Origin: a virus
Lineage: Duplodnaviria; Caudoviricetes
Direction: 5' to 3' (one strand)
Virus record (IMG/VR): IMGVR_UViG_3300036984_000039
Location: 43,547-107,546 of that record
Length of the DNA stretch: 64,000 nucleotides
Every line of letters begins with the position of its first letter. The first letter of the stretch is position 1. Under the pieces are notes generated by a model. That model saw only the letters and a list, made by a program, of their open reading frames with translations, was not told the origin of the DNA and ran no database searches. Positions 58,273-64,000 of the stretch are shown piece after piece. The position numbers and the translations under genes were made by a program.

Positions 58273-59287
58273 GCCAAAGCGCACCCTCAAGCTGGCCTGG
58301 ATACCAGCCATTGCCGACGAAGCGGTCGGCTACGGCAAAATCTCCGCCTATCTGCCGCGCTACGTCAACGCCGCGGGCGCGGAGAGCGTCGGCTATCGGG
58401 CCTATGATTGGGACTGGCGCATCGCGGTCGGCGGGCCGCGGGCTTACCTCATGGGCCGCGGGACGCACATCATCGAGGATTTTATCTATCACACCATGTT
58501 CGAGGCGCGCCCGATCCCGCCTGACTATCTCGGCGTGCTCAATCGCAGCCGGGCGATCTGGGTGCCCTCAACCTGGGTGCGCGACCTGTTCATCGAGGGC
58601 GGCGTGACGCGACCGATCTTCGTATCGGGTTACGGTGTCAACAGGGACTACTTTCACGCCAAGTATGATATGCGTCGGGAAGACGAACCATACACCTTCC
58701 TGTGGTGTGGCACGGCGCTAGGCGACGGCGAAAACATCGGTGACCGCAAGGGGGGCGAACTGGTGTGGCAGGCGTTTCGCAAGCTCAACCTGCCGGACAG
58801 CCGCTTGATTCTCAAGGCCGGCGCTACCAGCGCGGTCAGGCGCATCGTGGGCGATGACCGCATCATGCTCTCGACGGGCAATTTACCGGAGGCGGATTAC
58901 GCCATGCTGTTAGCGTCCGCCGACTGTTTTGTGTACCCATCGCGCGGCGAGGGGTTTGGACTCCAACCGCTCGAAGCGCTGGCGATAGGGTTGCCGGTAA
59001 TCGCACCGGCATATTCTGGCATGGCCGACTTTATCAAGTCGGATACGGCAATCGTCCTGCCCGTGCGGGGCGAAGTACACGCGCATCTGTACAGCAACAT
59101 CTATAATCTGGAATGTGCTTGGGCCGAGCTAAGTCTGGATGATGTGTGCGACCGGATGCGTTGGGCTTACGACCATCGCGAGGAAGCCAAAGCTATCGGC
59201 TGCCGGGCCGCAGCTTGGGTCGCCAAACGTTGGACGTGGCAAGCGGCTGGCAAACGCGCCTACAAGGCGTTGCTGGCTATCAAGTAA
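58262..59287 (+). CDS. GT4 glycosyltransferase
   Basis: DRKG...ADCFVYPSRGEGFGLQPLEALAIGLPVI. Confidence 0.9.
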   Translation: MTSKPKRTLKLAWIPAIADEAVGYGKISAYLPRYVNAAGAESVGYRAYDWDWRIAVGGPRAYLMGRGTHIIEDFIYHTMFEARPIPPDYLGVLNRSRAIWVPSTWVRDLFIEGGVTRPIFVSGYGVNRDYFHAKYDMRREDEPYTFLWCGTALGDGENIGDRKGGELVWQAFRKLNLPDSRLILKAGATSAVRRIVGDDRIMLSTGNLPEADYAMLLASADCFVYPSRGEGFGLQPLEALAIGLPVIAPAYSGMADFIKSDTAIVLPVRGEVHAHLYSNIYNLECAWAELSLDDVCDRMRWAYDHREEAKAIGCRAAAWVAKRWTWQAAGKRAYKALLAIK

Positions 59288-59300
59288 CGGAGGTCCACTC

Positions 59301-59819
59301 ATGGCTATTAGCAGCAACACTCCAACCCGCCTGATGCTGGATGCGGGCGATCTGTTCGTCAACTCGACGGATGTCGGCGCAACCAAAAGCGGCGGCTCGT
59401 TCGTTGTCGAGCAGGACATCTACTTCCCGGAACTTGCGGGCGCGAAGGGCGCACTCGCGGGCACCGGCACGGTCGTCAAGGAATCGGCTACGCTGGCGAT
59501 CACCCTAGTCGAAATCACGATGGCGAACCTGATTATCGCCATCCCGACGCTGGCCTCGGCTTCGGACGCTACCAGCGAATACACGACCACGCCGGATGTC
59601 GGGCCTATCGGCTCGGCGTCACACGTGACCGTGATCTGGCAGGGCCACACCACCAACGTCAAGCACGTGCAGTTGATCCTGTACAACGCCCTGGCCGAAG
59701 GTGGCTTGACCCTGAACCTGGAAGACGGCGCTGAGACGGCATACGAGATCACCTTCCGCTCGTATACCGGCGTCGGCAATCCCAAAGGCCGCAACTGGAA
59801 GATGTCTTTGGAGCGCTAA
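59301..59819 (+). CDS. Major tail tube protein
   Basis: LMLDAGDL...GATKSGGSF; position before chaperones. Confidence 0.75.
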   Translation: MAISSNTPTRLMLDAGDLFVNSTDVGATKSGGSFVVEQDIYFPELAGAKGALAGTGTVVKESATLAITLVEITMANLIIAIPTLASASDATSEYTTTPDVGPIGSASHVTVIWQGHTTNVKHVQLILYNALAEGGLTLNLEDGAETAYEITFRSYTGVGNPKGRNWKMSLER

Positions 59820-59839
59820 CCCAGAAAGGATGTCATCCG

Positions 59840-60451
59840 ATGACACAGAAGACTCTCAATACGGACGCGTTGCTGCTCGAACCGCCGCGCATCGTCGCGC
59901 CGGACGGCAGCAACGCGATCCTGATCGACTACACTCAGGAAGACGTGGTGCGCCTGGTGCGCACCCTGCAGGAATTGCAGAGCGCACCGCAGAGCACCAT
60001 CCCGCTTAAGCTGGCCGACCTGCTGGTCGGCCTGTGCGTTGATCCCATCGTAGGCGCGCGCGTCATCGACCAGTTGCCGCTACCACGCCTGATGGATGTG
60101 ATCGGCTGGTTACAGACCGCCGAAACCAGCGCCTTCATCGCGCCGTCCGCACCGGACGGCGAGGTGACCATCCAAGGCCAAACCTACGCGATCCGTATTC
60201 TCAGCGTGGGCATGTTACGGCGCACGGCGGCCCTGGAAACGGCGGAACCAGGCGACTTGGCGGATATGGTCGGCCGCAATGCCGAGGTCATGGTGAGCAT
60301 GATCGACGGCCTGACCCTGGATGAGTGGCAGAAGCTTCCGCGGCGACAGACCGCCGCCGTGGAACGCTATTTTGCCGAACTCATGCAGGAGCAGGCCACG
60401 ACAGCCGCACCCGCCGCTGACCCAAAACCAAAGCGCGTCAATCGGCGTTGA
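59840..60451 (+). CDS. Tail assembly chaperone (G)
   Basis: Between tail tube and TMP; slippery C CCA AAA at 60421-60427. Confidence 0.75.
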   Translation: MTQKTLNTDALLLEPPRIVAPDGSNAILIDYTQEDVVRLVRTLQELQSAPQSTIPLKLADLLVGLCVDPIVGARVIDQLPLPRLMDVIGWLQTAETSAFIAPSAPDGEVTIQGQTYAIRILSVGMLRRTAALETAEPGDLADMVGRNAEVMVSMIDGLTLDEWQKLPRRQTAAVERYFAELMQEQATTAAPAADPKPKRVNRR

Positions 60452-60777
60452 CAGGACTCAACGCCCGTTTGGCGCGCTTTTATGGTTGGACAGACAGCAA
60501 TCTGATGCGGATGCCGTGGCGGCGCTTGCTGGCTTACTCAGCGCACATTCCGCTACTACAAACTGAGGAACAACTGGTATGGCTGATGCTCCAACATGGC
60601 GACCCGCAGAAGACGCAACGCCAACTCAGGAACCAACTGACCGCAAGCGCACCCAGTCAAGCGCCCAAGGCGACGGATGGGGCGTTAGCGGAATGGCTGA
60701 TAAATCCCTATCTGCGGCAGAGCATCGAGATCGTGGAGACGTTGCCGACACCGACGCCGACACCGCCAACGGCATGA
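60421..60777 (+). CDS. Tail chaperone -1 frameshift extension (GT)
   Basis: -1 frame reads PKTKARQSALTGLNARLARFYGW. Confidence 0.75.
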   Translation, partial: PKTKARQSALTGLNARLARFYGWTDSNLMRMPWRRLLAYSAHIPLLQTEEQLVWLMLQHGDPQKTQRQLRNQLTASAPSQAPKATDGALAEWLINPYLRQSIEIVETLPTPTPTPPTA

Positions 60778-61031
60778 CGCGGGTGCATTGTCCGTGGTGC
60801 GCCCGCACGCTGTTCTGGTCGCACTTGCCGTGGGTCGCCTGTACGTCAGACGATCCATTGGCGGTAATTTCCATTCGTTGCACGCGCAAATGGCGCTGTG
60901 GACGCATCGTGGCCCTACGCATCCTGGCCGTGCCGCACACGGTTTTTGAGAGCGAAGCCGCCCGCCTAGCCACTATCGACGCGCTGGAAACTGCCATCGC
61001 GTTGAAGGACGGCGAGCCATGTTCGAGGTAG
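60774..61031 (+). CDS. Com-like zinc-ribbon protein
   Basis: VHCPWCARTLF...ISIRC....CGR. Confidence 0.55.
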   Translation: MTRVHCPWCARTLFWSHLPWVACTSDDPLAVISIRCTRKWRCGRIVALRILAVPHTVFESEAARLATIDALETAIALKDGEPCSR

Positions 61032-64000
61032 CACAACTTAGCGCCAGTCTTGGACTGGATGCTTCGCAGTACAATCAAGGATTGGATGCCGCCGAAGGCA
61101 AGGCCAAGAGTTTCGGCGCATCATTTACTGCATCCTTACAACGCATCGGTGAGACGGCACTTGGCGTCTCGCTGGCGAGCATCCCGACATCGCTGATGCA
61201 GATGCCCAAGCAGATGGCGACCATGGCCTTCGAGGCCATCGCGTCCTACGAGAAACTCACCTTATCCCTAGAATCATTAGCCGCTAAAGAAATTCGCGCC
61301 GCCGACACGACCGTGAGCCTGGAACAGGCCATGACGCTCGCTAAGACGCAAGTCATCGATACCGTCAAATGGGTGGAAGCGCTCGCCGTCAAATCGCCTT
61401 TCACGGCTGAGGGCGTCGCGCAGGCATTTCGTATGGCGCAGGCGTATGGCTTTACCGCTACTGAGGCTAAGCGGCTGAATCAGGCGATGATCGACTTCGC
61501 ATCCGGCACGGGCGCGGGCGAATCCTCGATGCAGCGCATTGCGATGGTACTGGGCCAGATCAAGGCCGCGGGGCGACTACTCGGCCAGGACATGATGCAG
61601 TTGACGAGCGTGGGTTTGCCGTTAGTGCAAATTCTCGCGGATCACTTCAAGGTCACGACTGCCGAAATCGTCAAAATGCGCGAGCAAGGCCTGATTCCGG
61701 CCAAAGACGCCATCGAAGCCATTACGGTCTACATGGAGACCAACTTTGCAGGCGCGGCTGAACGCCAGGCGACTTCCTGGGCGGGCCTGGTGTCCACCAT
61801 TTCCGATCTCAAGGCCATCGGTCTGCGCGAGATTTTCACACCCGCTTTTCAGGAAGTGCAACCCTACGTCCAGAAGTTCGTGGACTTGCTTTCCTCAGAA
61901 GCCTTCCATAGCAAGCTGCGCGACATCGGCAAAGTCATCGGTCAGGATATTGCTGGCGCAATTGCTGGCGCACAAGCGGCATTCCAGGTGCTCGGCCAGA
62001 TTTGGACGAGCATCATGGCCGCCATGCAGGCTGCCATCGGGCCATTTATCAATACGGTTATCAGTGGTTTCCAAACATTACTGGCCAGCATCGGGCCAAT
62101 TATCAGCGGCATCGGTCAGGCCATCGGCCAGATTTTCGGCATCACACTCACACCAGCCGCACAGAAGCAGGCCGCAACCGCGCAGAAGCAGGCCACAACC
62201 GCGGCGGTCGCAGGTGCTAAGACCGTCGCTGCCGCACAAGTCGCGGGTGCCAAGACCGTTGCGGCTACACAAGTGGCGGGCGTCAAACAGGTAGGCGGCG
62301 CGTGGGATGCCGTCAACAAAGCCAATGAGGAAAGCGGCAAGAAGATTATCGACAACATTGCCAGTTTTGTCGATAAGGCGCAGGCGGCGGCTAAATCGTT
62401 GCTAAATATGGGCGGCGGCATCGAGGACATTACCAAACCGGGTGCAAACGGGCCATTTGAGAAACTCTATCAGGCACTCGATGTCGCCAAGCTGGGCGAT
62501 AAAAGTCCGTGGGCGAAGGTGCTTGGTCTGACGCAGGCCGACGCAATTCAAATTTCAAAGGACTTTCAAGCGGGCCTGTTTACCGATTCGGTCAAAAAAT
62601 TGATAGACACGTCAATGCTGGCCTCAGCGGTGCAGTTACAGGCAACCGCCGAGAAGTCCAAGCAACTCTTTATAGCAGAGGTCGCGAAGATTGCCGGTGT
62701 TGCACCAACGGTTGTGCAGGCATTCCTGAACGGTGGCACCACCAGCGGGGGCGGCTTAACTCCAGAAACTACAGCGGTCGTGACCAAGCAAGCCGCGGCT
62801 ATCGGCAAGGCACTGGTCGAAGATTCCCAGTGGCGCGATGTTGGCAAGGGCTTGATCGGTAAAGTTGCCGAGGGCGCAGGCAGTGACCCGACGCAGAATC
62901 CGCTTACACTAGCGGTAAAGGATGCCATTGTCGGCGCATTCAATACCGCCAAGCTAAGATTTGATGAACTTGTAACCGCTTTCAGCACAGGCGGATTGAC
63001 GGCAGTCGGCCAAAAACTAATCGACCAATACAGTCAGGCGTTTGCAGACTTGCTGGCCTACATTCAGACCAATGTGCCGATTTGGGCGGCGCAGGTCAAA
63101 GCCAAGTTGTTAGATGTGCTATTCGGGCCAGAGGTCTTCACCGTGGCTGACTCCGCTGAGGGCGGCGGGCCTAGCCGTAGTGGCGGCCTGGTTGCGGCGG
63201 TTAGCGCGCAGATCGCGGCACTACTGGAATACATCAAGGAAAACGCGCCGATTTGGGCGGCGCAGGTCGGGACGGAACTTACGAAGCTGTGGAATGGCCT
63301 CCCTGACAGTATACAACTCTTAGTCGGCGCGCTCGAAGGACTGATTGCGCTGGCTGGCCTGGCTGGCCTGGCATCCATCGTACAGGTAATCCTGAGCCTT
63401 GGCGGCGGATTAGTCACGCTGCTCGCAGCTATCAATCCCGTAACGTTGGCGATTGGTGCGCTGGTGCTGGCGTTCGCCGGGCTAGGCATGTTTTTTGGTG
63501 CGAATAAGGCGCTATTTGACGTTCTATTTGGGGAAGAATCTTACTCGGTGTCCGATTCAGCGGAGGGTACAGGGCCTAGCCGCAGCGGGGGCCTTATTGC
63601 GGCCCTTGAAAAACAGGTCGTGGCGCTAAAGGACTATATCAAGGAAAACGTGCCAATCTGGGCGGCGGAGATCGGCGCAGAATTTGGGAAACTATGGCAA
63701 GGCTTCGTGACTTGGTGGGACACGGGCGGCGAGCAATTGACCCTTGCTGTTGGGGCAAAGATCAGCGCGTGGCTCGGCAAGACGTTGACCAGCCTATTGA
63801 GTTCGCAGGTCACGACCGACGCCAAATTCAAAAGCCTGGGCGATAAGCTCTGGAACAACTTCGTAACCTGGTGGGACACGGGTGGCGACAAACTGACTGC
63901 CGATACGATGACGAAGATCGGTGAATGGCTGTTGGCCGTACTGACCGAGTTCGACAAAAAGAGCGTTGTGTGGGGCAAAGAGACGGCGGCCCGGCTGCAA
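61019..64000 (+). CDS. Tape measure protein (partial, runs off window)
   Basis: MFEVAQLSASLGLDAS; SPFT...LGQIKAAGRL.GQDMMQL; Trp-spaced repeats. Confidence 0.9.
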   Translation, partial: MFEVAQLSASLGLDASQYNQGLDAAEGKAKSFGASFTASLQRIGETALGVSLASIPTSLMQMPKQMATMAFEAIASYEKLTLSLESLAAKEIRAADTTVSLEQAMTLAKTQVIDTVKWVEALAVKSPFTAEGVAQAFRMAQAYGFTATEAKRLNQAMIDFASGTGAGESSMQRIAMVLGQIKAAGRLLGQDMMQLTSVGLPLVQILADHFKVTTAEIVKMREQGLIPAKDAIEAITVYMETNFAGAAERQATSWAGLVSTISDLKAIGLREIFTPAFQEVQPYVQKFVDLLSSEAFHSKLRDIGKVIGQDIAGAIAGAQAAFQVLGQIWTSIMAAMQAAIGPFINTVISGFQTLLASIGPIISGIGQAIGQIFGITLTPAAQKQAATAQKQATTAAVAGAKTVAAAQVAGAKTVAATQVAGVKQVGGAWDAVNKANEESGKKIIDNIASFVDKAQAAAKSLLNMGGGIEDITKPGANGPFEKLYQALDVAKLGDKSPWAKVLGLTQADAIQISKDFQAGLFTDSVKKLIDTSMLASAVQLQATAEKSKQLFIAEVAKIAGVAPTVVQAFLNGGTTSGGGLTPETTAVVTKQAAAIGKALVEDSQWRDVGKGLIGKVAEGAGSDPTQNPLTLAVKDAIVGAFNTAKLRFDELVTAFSTGGLTAVGQKLIDQYSQAFADLLAYIQTNVPIWAAQVKAKLLDVLFGPEVFTVADSAEGGGPSRSGGLVAAVSAQIAALLEYIKENAPIWAAQVGTELTKLWNGLPDSIQLLVGALEGLIALAGLAGLASIVQVILSLGGGLVTLLAAINPVTLAIGALVLAFAGLGMFFGANKALFDVLFGEESYSVSDSAEGTGPSRSGGLIAALEKQVVALKDYIKENVPIWAAEIGAEFGKLWQGFVTWWDTGGEQLTLAVGAKISAWLGKTLTSLLSSQVTTDAKFKSLGDKLWNNFVTWWDTGGDKLTADTMTKIGEWLLAVLTEFDKKSVVWGKETAARLQ

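Noticed and set aside
1-64000. Integrase, tRNA, reverse transcriptase/DGR, endolysin
   Set aside because: No supporting motifs found by eye in this window

Overview
This window is about 64 kb of a GC-rich, tailed (siphovirus-like, Mu-type head module) phage or prophage genome; weak clues suggest a Chloroflexota host. Positions 1-30.7 kb are mostly minus strand: early/accessory genes, an FtsK-like ATPase, DNA ligase, MuF-type head genes, portal and terminase large subunit. A plus-strand island there carries TnpB, a ParB-like gene, a C5 methyltransferase and terminase small subunit. Positions 30.9-64 kb are plus strand: ChaB-protease/scaffold, capsid, fibres, head-tail joining genes, sugar-modification enzymes, tail tube, a frameshifted chaperone and a tape measure running off the end. 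Many homing-type nucleases (HNH, LAGLIDADG, GIY-YIG) and IS200/IS605 parts are present. Top finding: a stand-alone small RNA gene (about 36333-36480, minus) built from 14 GGY-NN pentamers. Its NN dinucleotides, read as codon positions 1-2, spell the N-terminus of the adjacent virion gene in a non-self allele, which suggests a gapped-code guide RNA aimed at a competing phage. Other highlights: two paralogous covarying structured leader RNAs (c4/CI-antisense-like), a perfect parS between divergent promoters, head-cargo proteins sharing a motif, an IS605 element hollowed out by HNH genes, a C5 MTase with two target-recognition modules, an FtsK-RuvA_C fusion and a virion glycosylation cluster. All calls are by eye; no searches were run.
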